Part shown: piece by piece, positions 36,117-46,159 of the stretch
How the letters are laid out: each line of letters begins with the position of its first letter
Position numbering within the stretch: the stretch's first letter is position 1
IMG/VR virus record: IMGVR_UViG_3300007770_001284
Span: 190,744-254,743 of that record
Direction: 5' to 3' (one strand)
Length of the DNA stretch: 64,000 bases
The notes under the pieces: generated by a model
Databases searched by the model: none
What the model saw: the letters and a program-made list of their open reading frames with translations, nothing else
What the model was told of the DNA's origin: nothing
Made by a program: the position numbers and the translations under genes

Positions 36117-37349
36117 TTATAGTCCACCAAGTAATGTAATAGCAATCAACCCTGGAATTCCTTCTTTTACATAGATGCCAGAGAAAACAGTATTTGCTCG
36201 ACCACCGACGTATGAGAATGCTGACTCAAGTCGTCTTCCGACTTCGGGGTCCGAAGCCATGTTATTGTCCACCACCAGCAGCAGTGCACCTGTTTCTGTG
36301 TTTCCGCTTGGTGTAGGACAAGGAGATGAACGCAAGCACCCCTGATAGACAAGAGAACCAAGGTCGTTCCTATTAACATCTCTAACAACTGTGCTTCCGA
36401 TAACCATACGACCTGCTGTGCTCAAGCAGCGCTCCAAGTCCTTTGTATCAAATGTCTGGATTTCTGTATGCTCTGACGCAAGCTTAAAGACTTGCCACAA
36501 AAGCTTAGCAAAGTTTTTATTGGCTACTGGCATCATGTTGAGAAGACCAGTCCTACCACGGAGCAACTGTAATTGTCTCTCGTTGTCTATTACAATATGG
36601 GGGCTAGTGCCTACATCACTCATAAGTGATTGATAATTCGACTTGATAGTGGGGTTGAGAAGCTCTTGAGCTGTTGGTTTCGTTACGATATAGACAACAC
36701 GACCTGCTGCTTCAATTGACTGTAGGTAGCGGCTTAATGAAGAATCTAATTCGTGGCACGCGCTACCGGTTCCTCCACCACCACCGGCGATAACGAATAA
36801 CCAATCGACCTGTCCGATTCGTGTTCGAGCAGCATCTTCAACAAATGCGCTGTTTTCTGCTAACACTTTTTTTCCAAGTGTGATATCTTTTCCAACACCA
36901 TCCGCTCCGGGAACAAGAACAAAATGTTGCGGATCAACTCCGCCCGGCTGGTCCTTTTCAGTTGTGTTAACAAGTATTGTCTTACTGAATCCGAGATCGA
37001 GAAATGCTTTTGCAATTTTCCCTCCCCCTCCGCCAACGCCTATGAATCCACAATTAATAGCTGAAACAGCTGTGTTGTCGGGGAGTAGTCTTTCGTCTGT
37101 GGCCGCGGGATCATCATCGTAGGCCATTACGAAATCAAAATCATCTCCCGCATCTGGGATGTTGATATGTGCATCGTCCGTAGGATTATCGCTTGTTTGC
37201 GCTTGCTCTTCGATAGCTTTGTCATTGTCGGGCATAATTTTTTTTAACCTCTCAGAAATAATAGTGTCTGGGTGTGGCTTTATTTTCTTGTTCTCTTCTA
37301 TGTTGGTGGGTTGTTCTAGTCCAACGCGGTTCCAAGATGTAGAAGCCAT
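36117..37349 (-). CDS. Tubulin/FtsZ-family GTPase (PhuZ/TubZ-like)
   Basis: IGVGGGGGKI, VNT, GVGKD, IAGGGGGTGS; about 95-aa N-terminal extension. Confidence 0.88.
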   Translation of the reverse strand: MASTSWNRVGLEQPTNIEENKKIKPHPDTIISERLKKIMPDNDKAIEEQAQTSDNPTDDAHINIPDAGDDFDFVMAYDDDPAATDERLLPDNTAVSAINCGFIGVGGGGGKIAKAFLDLGFSKTILVNTTEKDQPGGVDPQHFVLVPGADGVGKDITLGKKVLAENSAFVEDAARTRIGQVDWLFVIAGGGGGTGSACHELDSSLSRYLQSIEAAGRVVYIVTKPTAQELLNPTIKSNYQSLMSDVGTSPHIVIDNERQLQLLRGRTGLLNMMPVANKNFAKLLWQVFKLASEHTEIQTFDTKDLERCLSTAGRMVIGSTVVRDVNRNDLGSLVYQGCLRSSPCPTPSGNTETGALLLVVDNNMASDPEVGRRLESAFSYVGGRANTVFSGIYVKEGIPGLIAITLLGGL

Positions 37350-37387
37350 ACCTCGTTCCTAAAATTATAATCGTATCCATGATGATA

Positions 37388-37394
37388 TAAATAT
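37388..37394 (-). promoter_or_regulatory. Putative late-promoter motif ATATTTA
   Basis: Upstream of the tubulin gene. Confidence 0.5.
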
Positions 37395-37421
37395 GTTGTT
37401 TTAGTACAATTGTACAAAGAA

Positions 37422-37766
37422 TGGTGGAGGCGGCGGGAGTCGAACCCGCGTCCAAAGCAGTTTAGGGATCAAGTCATTCACAGGTTTAGACAGTTTTTCT
37501 AAACTGACAAATCTTCCGCTGGTGAAACCCCCCTGCTCGCGGATACAAGGTTCGAGCATTATTTTATTTCAGTGATGCTACTTCACTTAGCCTAAATTGG
37601 ATAGATGGTTTTAGGCAACCACCCGATTACGCAGCTAGGGCGTATTCGAAGTGATTGTTGTTATTGGCAACTATCTTTTTTGAAACCGCGATTTAGGTCT
37701 GCTGTTTCCTGAGACCACCTGCACTCTTATACTCCTTTGCTACCCTGTCGAAGCCATATCGCCCCC
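37422..37766 (-). ncRNA. ssrA: tmRNA; tag (A)ANNNNHFEYALAA encoded at 37627..37668
   Basis: 5' GGGGGCG...TTCGACAGG; 3' GGGTTCGACTCCCGCCGCCTCCACCA; G3-U70 pair; tag ends ALAA-stop. Confidence 0.95.
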
Positions 37767-37796
37767 AGGATGAAAATTTTAACTATGTCTTTTATT

Positions 37797-37803
37797 ATAT
37801 TTA
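37797..37803 (+). promoter_or_regulatory. Putative late-promoter motif ATATTTA at the head of the effector array
   Basis: Upstream of GAGGG SD and ATG 37820. Confidence 0.55.
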
Positions 37804-37819
37804 AGATTGAGGGAATTTC

Positions 37820-38575
37820 ATGCCTATACGAAAAATAGTTGCATTTGATTTTGATGACACGCTGGCGGTTACTGAATCGCGAATCGGTGTTCAGCGCCCA
37901 GAGGCAGCTGGAACGTCCTCTCCCACGTTAGAAGACTGGTTGCTAGACCACAATATTCAATATATGGATGTAACGGGTACGGGTGGTAATGAGTTTTATT
38001 GGTTAGATTCTGCAAATTTTGCATTGTATGAAGAGCATGCTGAAGGATTTGAGGATGTGATTGATTACGTTGGGACATCTTCATTTGATGTGAGCAAAGC
38101 TCAAGTGATTACCCCAATGTTAAAAAAGCTGGTTGAAGCAGAATCAGATCCTGATACGCTAGCATTAATCATAACGGCGAGAGCAGGGAAGAAGCAGATG
38201 TACAGTCCGTCTCAGGGAACGTCAGTAAAGCCCTTAAACCGCTCCCAGATCCTTCAGTTCTTAAAAGATAATGGAATCAGCTTTGATGACAGCAGATTAC
38301 ATACAGTGGGTGACCAGGGCTCTAATAGCGCTGCACACAAGGTCAACGTATTGACTGGATATCTAAACAAGTATAAACCAGATGAGTTAATTTTTTATGA
38401 TGATAACGAAAATAATGTAAGGGCAGTTGCTGCATTGTGTAAGCAATTTGCTCCGTCAGTGAAGATATCAGCTTTCCGCGTGGCAGCGGGGTGGATTTCT
38501 TCGGAATCTGGGTGCAATGAAACGGTTAATTTACGCTTGAAAAAGATACTTAGTCGTACAGGCCGCGCTCGTTAG
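37820..38575 (+). CDS. HAD-superfamily phosphatase
   Basis: FDFDDTL, ITAR, K, FYDDNENN. Confidence 0.8.
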   Translation: MPIRKIVAFDFDDTLAVTESRIGVQRPEAAGTSSPTLEDWLLDHNIQYMDVTGTGGNEFYWLDSANFALYEEHAEGFEDVIDYVGTSSFDVSKAQVITPMLKKLVEAESDPDTLALIITARAGKKQMYSPSQGTSVKPLNRSQILQFLKDNGISFDDSRLHTVGDQGSNSAAHKVNVLTGYLNKYKPDELIFYDDNENNVRAVAALCKQFAPSVKISAFRVAAGWISSESGCNETVNLRLKKILSRTGRAR

Positions 38576-38605
38576 ACGTTGGCCGCCCTAATAGGACGTG
38601 CCGGA

Positions 38606-39145
38606 ATGTCATTATTGCGAGAATATATCAAAGAAATTCTTAATGAAAGCATTGAGTTTCGGACGCTTGATTCTCCCCTTAAGTACAGTCGCGCTTCAGA
38701 TATAAAAAGAATAGCACTTTGCGATACATCGGTAGAAGAACCCCACATGGGCCCTACTGGCAAGCCCAAAATAGATGCATACTTCAACCAAAGACAAGAG
38801 ATGGAATATTATGGCGCTTCGGGTCGACGATTAAAGAAACCGAGAAAGGGCCAGCTGGTTCCCGGGGTTTCTGATGCTTGCGTTATTGGATTTTTAGACT
38901 ACCACAAAGAAGGTGTTTCGTCAGGCGGAAATGATATGTGGTACATTGACTATATGAAGACTCGTGGTGATAAAGGTGGCCAAGGGACTGCCAGCATGCT
39001 GATTGATGAATTTTATAACACTGTTGCCAAACCTGGTGACAACGTTAGTTTTGGTAAGATGATGCGGAAAGAGATCGGTCACCTCAAAGATAAGATGGTA
39101 GACAAGTATCCAGAAGTTAGCACTAGAGGAGCAGTGAATTTCTAA
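38606..39145 (+). CDS. Leader-bearing GNAT-like protein
   Basis: MSLLREYIKEILNES; YIDYMKT...GGQGTASML. Confidence 0.6.
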   Translation: MSLLREYIKEILNESIEFRTLDSPLKYSRASDIKRIALCDTSVEEPHMGPTGKPKIDAYFNQRQEMEYYGASGRRLKKPRKGQLVPGVSDACVIGFLDYHKEGVSSGGNDMWYIDYMKTRGDKGGQGTASMLIDEFYNTVAKPGDNVSFGKMMRKEIGHLKDKMVDKYPEVSTRGAVNF

Positions 39146-39405
39146 TGAAAATCACAAGACGACAGATTAGACAGATCATTGCTGAAGAGCTTGCGCTCGA
39201 TCTTGAGGTTGGAGACATCATACTAACCGGTCGCTTCAAGAACAAGCGAACGGTGGTCAAGAAACTTGGTACCGATGACCTGGGCCAACCGACTGTGAAT
39301 GGCATGAAAGTGTTAGCGTTCAGGATTGAAAAATTGATGCCGAAAGAGAAGTGGAGCAAGAAGACAATCGCCGAACTTGAGAAGGAAGAGGAAGATAAGA
39401 AATGA
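39145..39405 (+). CDS. Leader-bearing small protein
   Basis: MKITRRQIRQIIAEE; LEVGDIILTGRFKNK. Confidence 0.65.
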   Translation: MKITRRQIRQIIAEELALDLEVGDIILTGRFKNKRTVVKKLGTDDLGQPTVNGMKVLAFRIEKLMPKEKWSKKTIAELEKEEEDKK

Positions 39406-40082
39406 GGTTAACTGAATCTGCTTTACGACATTTGATACGCAGAACGTTGTTGGAAAAGAGCTGGGCTGATTTCCAGGCACCCAAGGGAAAGACCATCCCT
39501 ATCGATCCTGCAGATTTTGCAACCAATACTCCGAACGTGCGTGACTTGGATGAAGAAATATTTGACCTGATACAAGTTGCATATCAAGATGTCGAGCTAA
39601 CGCCGGCGTCGGAAGAGGGCCCAGCGACATTTGGCAACATCAAAATTCAAAGTCCAGGGGATCTACCCTATAAATACACTATCATGAAGGGAGCCGACAT
39701 AGACGAAGATCCTGACCCCGATTATTTTCGCGGCGGAAAGATGGTCAAGGGCCGATTCAAGCTGGGCATCGTCGGCCATGATGGAACTCGTGCTGCAATC
39801 GATCGCTATCTCGAAGAGACAGCAGCAGATCTAAGAGCTGGTGCAATTGCAGAGATGTCAGGGAAGATTGCACATATCATGATCACTCGACATGGAGTCC
39901 CTGCAGTTCAGACAGAGGAGGCTGTGGAAGCGATGCTAGGTAAAGAGGTGGACTGGACAGGCCGACATCCTAACGAGAAATATGCGAATAGGTACGGGCC
40001 TGATTATGAGGCTTGGTATTGTCGTGGTATCTCGGGGGCATGCGCCGGAGACCACATGAAGATTCTACTGGGCGGCGGATGA
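39402..40082 (+). CDS. Leader-bearing hypothetical protein
   Basis: MRLTESALRHLIRRTLLEK; DIDEDPDPD, GHDGT. Confidence 0.65.
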   Translation: MRLTESALRHLIRRTLLEKSWADFQAPKGKTIPIDPADFATNTPNVRDLDEEIFDLIQVAYQDVELTPASEEGPATFGNIKIQSPGDLPYKYTIMKGADIDEDPDPDYFRGGKMVKGRFKLGIVGHDGTRAAIDRYLEETAADLRAGAIAEMSGKIAHIMITRHGVPAVQTEEAVEAMLGKEVDWTGRHPNEKYANRYGPDYEAWYCRGISGACAGDHMKILLGGG

Positions 40083-40549
40083 TGCAATTATTGAACGAAT
40101 ATGCAAGAGAGATTATGACATCGCAGGTTGACTCCGGATGTATTGATCTACGTGTACGTGGCTTTAAAGTTAACGCTGAGCTGGCAACAACGACAGAAGC
40201 AAGAAATCGAGGCTTGATGCATAGACAATCGATGAATGAGGATGATGGTATGTTGTTCGTTTTCCCTGACACCGACTATCGTTCATTTTGGATGGAGAAT
40301 ACCTTCATCCCGTTGTCGATTGCTTATCTAACAGAAGCTGGAAAAATTATTAATATAGAGCGGATGCATCCTTTTAACCGAACTTCTGTAAGGTCAACAG
40401 AGCCAGCAAAGTATGCGCTAGAAATGAATGCTGGCTGGTTTAAGAAGCGAGGCGTTCAAGTTGGTGATGTTGTAAGTGGTATTTCTTCCATGAACGAGTC
40501 TATGCTCCGCGAGTACGTAAGAACTTTGCTAATAGAACAGAGCGGGTAA
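40079..40549 (+). CDS. DUF192-family protein with leader-like motifs at both ends
   Basis: RNRGLMHR, GMLFVF, FWMENTFIPLSIAY, YALEMNAGWF. Confidence 0.85.
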   Translation: MMQLLNEYAREIMTSQVDSGCIDLRVRGFKVNAELATTTEARNRGLMHRQSMNEDDGMLFVFPDTDYRSFWMENTFIPLSIAYLTEAGKIINIERMHPFNRTSVRSTEPAKYALEMNAGWFKKRGVQVGDVVSGISSMNESMLREYVRTLLIEQSG

Positions 40550-40552
40550 TTC

Positions 40553-42190
40553 ATGACTCTCCTCCGCGAATGCGTAAAAGAAATGCTTGTAGAAAGTAAT
40601 GTACTTGCTACAGGAATGTGTTTTCCTTTCGCATACCAGAAAGCTGAAGAGTGGTTTAACGATCACTTTACGAAGGCTAAGCCGGGCCGCGGCCCAAAGA
40701 GGCACCCGAACTTAAATGACAAGAGTAAGTTCAAAGTTGTTCATGGTACAGTAACAGATAAGTGGAAGAAGCCGCCGAAGCCAGTTGTTCATGGGTGGGT
40801 TGAAATGGGAGATCTAGTCTTTGATGATCAGACCAGAATAACAAAACCAAATGGTATTGAAAAAGAATTCTATTACGATATGTATCAGCCTGAGGTGTAC
40901 AAGGAGTTCACTGCTGAAGAGGCTATACTCAATTGTGCGATGAAGGGTGGTGAAGGGCCTTGGGATGATGATCTCTATGTGATGATGCAGGACCGTGATG
41001 CATGGATGAATGAAGCGCTACTTCGAGAAGCTACCGCGATTCGTGAGCCGTTAAATCTCTCTGTACCAGAAGACTTGAAAGATATCCACCGTCGTATGCA
41101 GCAAGCGGGAAAAGAATTATATGTCGTTGGAGGTGCTGTTCGTGATGCGTTGATGGGGAAGACTCCCAAAGATTACGATGTCGCTACGAATGCAACTCCA
41201 GACCAGGTGATTCGAATTTTACAGAGCCATGGCAGACTCAGGCTTGACTTAACAGGAAAAGCTTTTGGTGTGGTGAGAGTGAAGACCCCCGACAAAAATG
41301 AATACGAGATTGCAACATTTAGAGAAGATATAGGCCCCGGTCGTCGACCTGAGGGCGTGGCATTCACCAGTATAGAGGGTGATGTAAAAAGACGCGATCT
41401 GACAGTGAACGCGTTGTTCTATGATATGAATACAGGCGAGGTCGTTGATTACGTTGGTGGAATAAAAGACATTGAAGACGGCGTAATTCGAGCCGTTGGA
41501 GATCCAGCCCAACGTTTTGATGAAGACAGGCTACGTATTTTACGTACTATTCGATTCGCAGGCCGAATGGGCGCAGAGCTGGATCCTGCTACAAAGGCTG
41601 CAATTCTTAAAGACAATAGTTTGACTGATGTTAGCCCAGAGCGTATAAGGGAAGAATTTTTGAACGGTGTTAGTTCTGCTGCTAACCTTGATCACTTTAT
41701 AAACCTGATAACAGAACTGGGATTGTTTGAGCAGATATTCCCGGGTCTTCAAATTACACCGCTTTCTGGTACAGCCAGCAATCCGTATGTACAGGTTGCA
41801 GCATTGCTGGGTGATAATGCATCACAAGATACGCAGCAGGTGCTGGAAGAAATGCGTTATTCTCGTAAGCAGATTATTCTTATTAATTTTTTGATTCGAT
41901 TGAAAAGCATCACAAAAGAAACTGCGCCCCAATTAAAGAAGGACTTCATTCGACACAAGATTTCTATTAATGATATTGAGGATTTCGCAGCTGTCACCCC
42001 TCAGCTTTCTGATCGTGTTGTTCAGGGCTTTTTGAAATTTGTTTCAAATCCGCCAGCCAGCAATCCACAAGAGCTAATGGCTCAAGGCCTTGCAGGTGAA
42101 GCAATAGGACAAGCTATGAAGGCAGCTGAGGTTGATGCATATTCGAGTTTGGTTGGCGAGTTAAGGTCGTACATACGGGAGCTATTATGA
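40553..42190 (+). CDS. Fusion: Cys-His-Asp domain plus CCA-adding/poly(A) polymerase family nucleotidyltransferase
   Basis: VGGAVRD, KDYDVAT, RRDLTVNA, EDRLRILRTIRF; N-domain GMCF/HGWVE/FDD. Confidence 0.88.
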   Translation: MTLLRECVKEMLVESNVLATGMCFPFAYQKAEEWFNDHFTKAKPGRGPKRHPNLNDKSKFKVVHGTVTDKWKKPPKPVVHGWVEMGDLVFDDQTRITKPNGIEKEFYYDMYQPEVYKEFTAEEAILNCAMKGGEGPWDDDLYVMMQDRDAWMNEALLREATAIREPLNLSVPEDLKDIHRRMQQAGKELYVVGGAVRDALMGKTPKDYDVATNATPDQVIRILQSHGRLRLDLTGKAFGVVRVKTPDKNEYEIATFREDIGPGRRPEGVAFTSIEGDVKRRDLTVNALFYDMNTGEVVDYVGGIKDIEDGVIRAVGDPAQRFDEDRLRILRTIRFAGRMGAELDPATKAAILKDNSLTDVSPERIREEFLNGVSSAANLDHFINLITELGLFEQIFPGLQITPLSGTASNPYVQVAALLGDNASQDTQQVLEEMRYSRKQIILINFLIRLKSITKETAPQLKKDFIRHKISINDIEDFAAVTPQLSDRVVQGFLKFVSNPPASNPQELMAQGLAGEAIGQAMKAAEVDAYSSLVGELRSYIRELL

Positions 42191-43806
42191 AGATGTATCA
42201 TGCAACCACTCCAGCAAATGCTCGTGATATATTAGCGAACGGTCTTGAGGTTGATGCTACCGGCGAAGCGGGCTATACCCAGGTGCACGCTCAATGGGCA
42301 GACCAGCTTTATGGTATGCGGCCTGTTTTTCTATCTGTTAAAAAGGGAAAATTCGCCGGGATTCCCTTGTTGGTCGACACAGAGGGATTATCCCTTGTAG
42401 CGGATTTAGCAGCTGTCGCAGACCTGGGAGACGAGCCCCCCAGCTTGGATGGAGATGAACTTATTTGGTGGGATGGAATCGGTCCAGAAGAATTATCCCC
42501 TATAGCAAGTGACGGCGCGGTCAATATAGAAAATTTGCTTGTTCCCGGAAGTAGGGAAGCCAAGTTAGCAATTGCAGTTACGGGAACAGCGGCAGTGTTG
42601 GAAGATATTCCGCCTGATAGAATCAAGATTGCTTCATATAATGAAGCTTTCCTACGCGAGTATGTAAGAGAGGTGTTGAGCGAAGAAGTGGAACGCCAAA
42701 CGGTGGGAAGCGTTTTAGACGCTTTAGGAGCGATAAAGGGCGTCGATGATGAAGCCCAGCGCAAAGAGCGTATGAAAAAGCTTGCTAAGAAAATTGGTTG
42801 GGAAATGGTCAAATTCATTCCTGTGGTTGGAAAAGGAATCAAGATGGCCAAGACAATCGGTGATATTTACAAATTAGCAAAAGACACTCCCGATGATCTG
42901 GCCACGAAAGACAACGTCGTTCTAGACATGCTGGATGTTGATGATAAGTATCAGCAAATGTTGGATGATCGGCTTGAAGCTGCATTCGATGAGGTCGTGA
43001 TTCCTTGGCTCGAAAGCCTTCCACCAGATGCTCCACTCCCTGACATGAATAATAAATTGGAGGCTTGGGTTAATCAAAATTTCGATGAGCGAGGAATCCA
43101 CGGCGCAGCCGGGGGTGTACCAGCTAGTTCATCTCCTGTAATGAAGCAAGAAAATGTCGAGTTATCGTTGCGTCAGTACGTAAGGACAATGTTGGAGGCC
43201 GGTGAACTTGGTCGGCAAATATTTTCTGATAGGGCTCCGCTGGGACGTCATATGGGATCCGAAAGAGACACAGAGCTAGAGGGAGAAATTTGGACGGCAT
43301 TATGGGGTCACCTGCAAGGCCTTAGTTCAAAAGTGCCTACAAACTTGCTAGATGCGATGGTAAGTTTTTCCAAAGATCCAGCTTATAACGACGTTTTCAT
43401 ACTACATACGAGTGGCGACGCCTACCGCGGCATGGAAGTTTCACAAGAATACTTGGATGAACACGCGCCTGGCTGGAAAGAAGCAACATGGCCAACATCG
43501 AAACTTCACTGGCAGTGGTCTGATGTTATCCCGGTTGATTTCGAATATCAAAACCGGAATGAATCAAGAACAGTGTCTTCATGGACTCCATCAAGAGACG
43601 TGGCCGAGCAATTCGGTCGAGCCGGACACGGTATGGTGGGAGTAGTTTTAATCGCAGATTCGGCAACGAATACGTTTCTTGACTTGAAGGAATTGTACAG
43701 ATTCGATCGTCTAGACGACTTTCATTGGGAAGAGGAGATCGTCGGATTTGGTTCCGTTCGAGTTAAGGGAATTAAAATCTTGAAGAAACTCGGGGGGCTC
43801 GGATGA
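42187..43806 (+). CDS. Multidomain protein: H-type ART-like, helical module and R-S-E ADP-ribosyltransferase
   Basis: MYHAT/VFLS; AYRG, SSWT, EEE; two internal LREYVRE-type linkers. Confidence 0.7.
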   Translation: MKMYHATTPANARDILANGLEVDATGEAGYTQVHAQWADQLYGMRPVFLSVKKGKFAGIPLLVDTEGLSLVADLAAVADLGDEPPSLDGDELIWWDGIGPEELSPIASDGAVNIENLLVPGSREAKLAIAVTGTAAVLEDIPPDRIKIASYNEAFLREYVREVLSEEVERQTVGSVLDALGAIKGVDDEAQRKERMKKLAKKIGWEMVKFIPVVGKGIKMAKTIGDIYKLAKDTPDDLATKDNVVLDMLDVDDKYQQMLDDRLEAAFDEVVIPWLESLPPDAPLPDMNNKLEAWVNQNFDERGIHGAAGGVPASSSPVMKQENVELSLRQYVRTMLEAGELGRQIFSDRAPLGRHMGSERDTELEGEIWTALWGHLQGLSSKVPTNLLDAMVSFSKDPAYNDVFILHTSGDAYRGMEVSQEYLDEHAPGWKEATWPTSKLHWQWSDVIPVDFEYQNRNESRTVSSWTPSRDVAEQFGRAGHGMVGVVLIADSATNTFLDLKELYRFDRLDDFHWEEEIVGFGSVRVKGIKILKKLGGLG

Positions 43807-45611
43807 GCTTGCTTCGAGAATATGTTAACGTCCCTCCAGAGGAAGAACTCCACCCAAGTCAGATGAAGACTGTCGGTGAGATCTTGGATCTTATCGAACG
43901 TATCCAAGAAGAAACAGACGAAGCCGGCCGTCGGGTGCGTAGTGCAAATGTCGGGATTGAATTCATAAAGATCGCCATGGGGGAGATACCACTCGTTGGT
44001 GGTGCGCTTGGTGCCGCAGATGGATTATTTGCCATGTACCAAGCGGGGAAGAATGAGGAACACACCTGGGCCGAGCTGGAAGAGTATCCCATTCTGGCTC
44101 GGATGAAGATGCACCCTTCTTTGGCCAAACACCTCGATCCTGTAACACTGAAAGAAATTGATAAAGCATATCAGGGCTATCTTCAGGGTCTTGGTCGCGA
44201 GACGCTAGTCAGCGAAATCACAGATATCGATAATTTTACGCATGATTGGATTATGGGTGATACAGACAGCAAGCTTAGCGTGGAGCTCCTACGTGAGTAC
44301 GTAAGAGAACAATTTCTACTTGAAAGAGAGGAAGCAGAAGCGTCCCTGCTTTCAGGGGTGAGTGACTTTATAGAGACTCGTCATTATGATGACGTGTTAG
44401 ATGCTGCGTTTAAACGCATAGCCCCTGGTTTAGTTCGTCATGTCATGGAGCAAGAAATCAACGAGGATGTTGCTGAATTTCTTGATGGCGCAATAGAGGG
44501 TCGGTGGGAGAAACAAAAAGGGTGGTCTTTTGAAGATCCAAGTCCAAAACAGTTGGGTCACTCTGAGGATTCTGCCGATTACATATTGGGGTACTCATGG
44601 GGCTGGAATAATGCAGACTCGTGGGAAGGTAATCGATTGCCGACCCAAGCCAGGAAAGAAGCAGTTGAGGCGCAGATCGCAGAATTTGAAGATCAAATAT
44701 CTGAGCAGATGGTCATTGCGGCGCTGGAAACTGCCAATGAAAAGGTTAACCCCGTTAAGCTCATCAAAAAGGCAATTGGTGCAATTCGTAGTGCAGTTCG
44801 GGAAGAGGGTCTTTCTGGTGGCCTCAAAAAGGGCTTGCCTATCGCGATAGGAATTATTGTAGGGGAGGCACTCGATAATTTTATTATACCCATGGCATTC
44901 TTTTCGATGACCGGCATTCCCATCCCTCCGCTTCCGATTGGAGTGGGGGAAATCATTAATCCCGTAGTGATCAGTATGGTCGGTGCCGATATAGAGTCAG
45001 ACGAACTAGTTGATGAGCTAGGGTGGTACGAGGAAGAGTACGGAGAGGCATCTTCGCTGGGTCCTCGAGAGACGAACGAGTTACGTGCGTATATACGAGA
45101 AGCGTTACTTACAGAGTATTGGCCTGCCCGTACAGAGGGCAAGAAAAATGTCTGGCGTGGCATGAAGATCAAGATGTCACCAGCTATTTTGGCTTCAAAG
45201 GTCCGTCAGTACATTAAGACTGGCGAAGAGAAAGGAATTACGCAGCAAGAATTGATAAGATTTTTGCTTGGCCGTCTTGAGGGCGAAAGTACGGGTGCAT
45301 CATGGTCGCTCAGCTTTGATGTTGCTGTTAGTTTTGCAGATGCCTGGGGAGCAACAAACCGTGGCGCCGAACTCCACGTCATATTTCAAGCCACGGTCGA
45401 TGAAGAAGCTGGATACGATCCTCAGGCTGCAGGCGAAGAGCCCGGCTTGTTTTACGATGAGGCAGAAGTAAGGTTTAAGCCTGGCGCTGAGATACCTCTC
45501 ACTGGAATTTACGTCTTTATCAAGTCTAAGGATCAGTGGGCCAAGCAAAGGACTCAGTTCCGGCCTCTAATGATAAAGGCAGAAGACAATCCGATGATGG
45601 TAAAGGCATGA
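43803..45611 (+). CDS. Multidomain protein: helical module, unknown module and R-S-E ADP-ribosyltransferase
   Basis: VWRG, ASWSLSFDVAVSF, EAE; three leader motifs. Confidence 0.7.
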   Translation: MSLLREYVNVPPEEELHPSQMKTVGEILDLIERIQEETDEAGRRVRSANVGIEFIKIAMGEIPLVGGALGAADGLFAMYQAGKNEEHTWAELEEYPILARMKMHPSLAKHLDPVTLKEIDKAYQGYLQGLGRETLVSEITDIDNFTHDWIMGDTDSKLSVELLREYVREQFLLEREEAEASLLSGVSDFIETRHYDDVLDAAFKRIAPGLVRHVMEQEINEDVAEFLDGAIEGRWEKQKGWSFEDPSPKQLGHSEDSADYILGYSWGWNNADSWEGNRLPTQARKEAVEAQIAEFEDQISEQMVIAALETANEKVNPVKLIKKAIGAIRSAVREEGLSGGLKKGLPIAIGIIVGEALDNFIIPMAFFSMTGIPIPPLPIGVGEIINPVVISMVGADIESDELVDELGWYEEEYGEASSLGPRETNELRAYIREALLTEYWPARTEGKKNVWRGMKIKMSPAILASKVRQYIKTGEEKGITQQELIRFLLGRLEGESTGASWSLSFDVAVSFADAWGATNRGAELHVIFQATVDEEAGYDPQAAGEEPGLFYDEAEVRFKPGAEIPLTGIYVFIKSKDQWAKQRTQFRPLMIKAEDNPMMVKA

Positions 45612-46159
45612 ACCTCCTCCGTGAATGCATAGAAGAGCTGCTCCGTGAGTCTCATTTTCCATTGACAGGTGGAGAGAAGGTGCGCATCCACCACAGCCGA
45701 CAAGACACTAGAGACGGTAAAGAACCACAGATCAGTGGTTTTTCACAGAGGGTTGGCTACAAGCCCAGTGGTCTGTGGTATGAATGCAAAGACGGTAGCT
45801 CGATAGACTGGCTGGAATTTTGTAGGACGGGCCTAACGGACGGTGCAAGTAGATATGATAGCGCATATAACGTTGTCTTGAATGATTATGAAATCTTGTT
45901 CATAACAGATAATCATGATTTTAAGAAATTTGAGAAGATGTACGGCGTTCCCAATAGCTACGGGGACATCAAGATTGACTGGCCAAAGGTCGCAAGTCAT
46001 TATGACGGTATTGAGATCTGTCCCTATCTATGGAAAATGCGACCGGACTCGGACTGGTATTACGGGTGGGACGTAGCGTCAGGGTGCGTGTGGAACGCGT
46101 CTGGAATAAAAGAACTTATAAGTGCAGAGGAGGGTTGTGAAGATGAATCCGCTGCGTGA
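45608..46159 (+). CDS. Leader-bearing protein, possible ART-like fold
   Basis: MNLLRECIEELLRES; IHHS, KPSGLWY, WDVASGCVW. Confidence 0.55.
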   Translation: MNLLRECIEELLRESHFPLTGGEKVRIHHSRQDTRDGKEPQISGFSQRVGYKPSGLWYECKDGSSIDWLEFCRTGLTDGASRYDSAYNVVLNDYEILFITDNHDFKKFEKMYGVPNSYGDIKIDWPKVASHYDGIEICPYLWKMRPDSDWYYGWDVASGCVWNASGIKELISAEEGCEDESAA

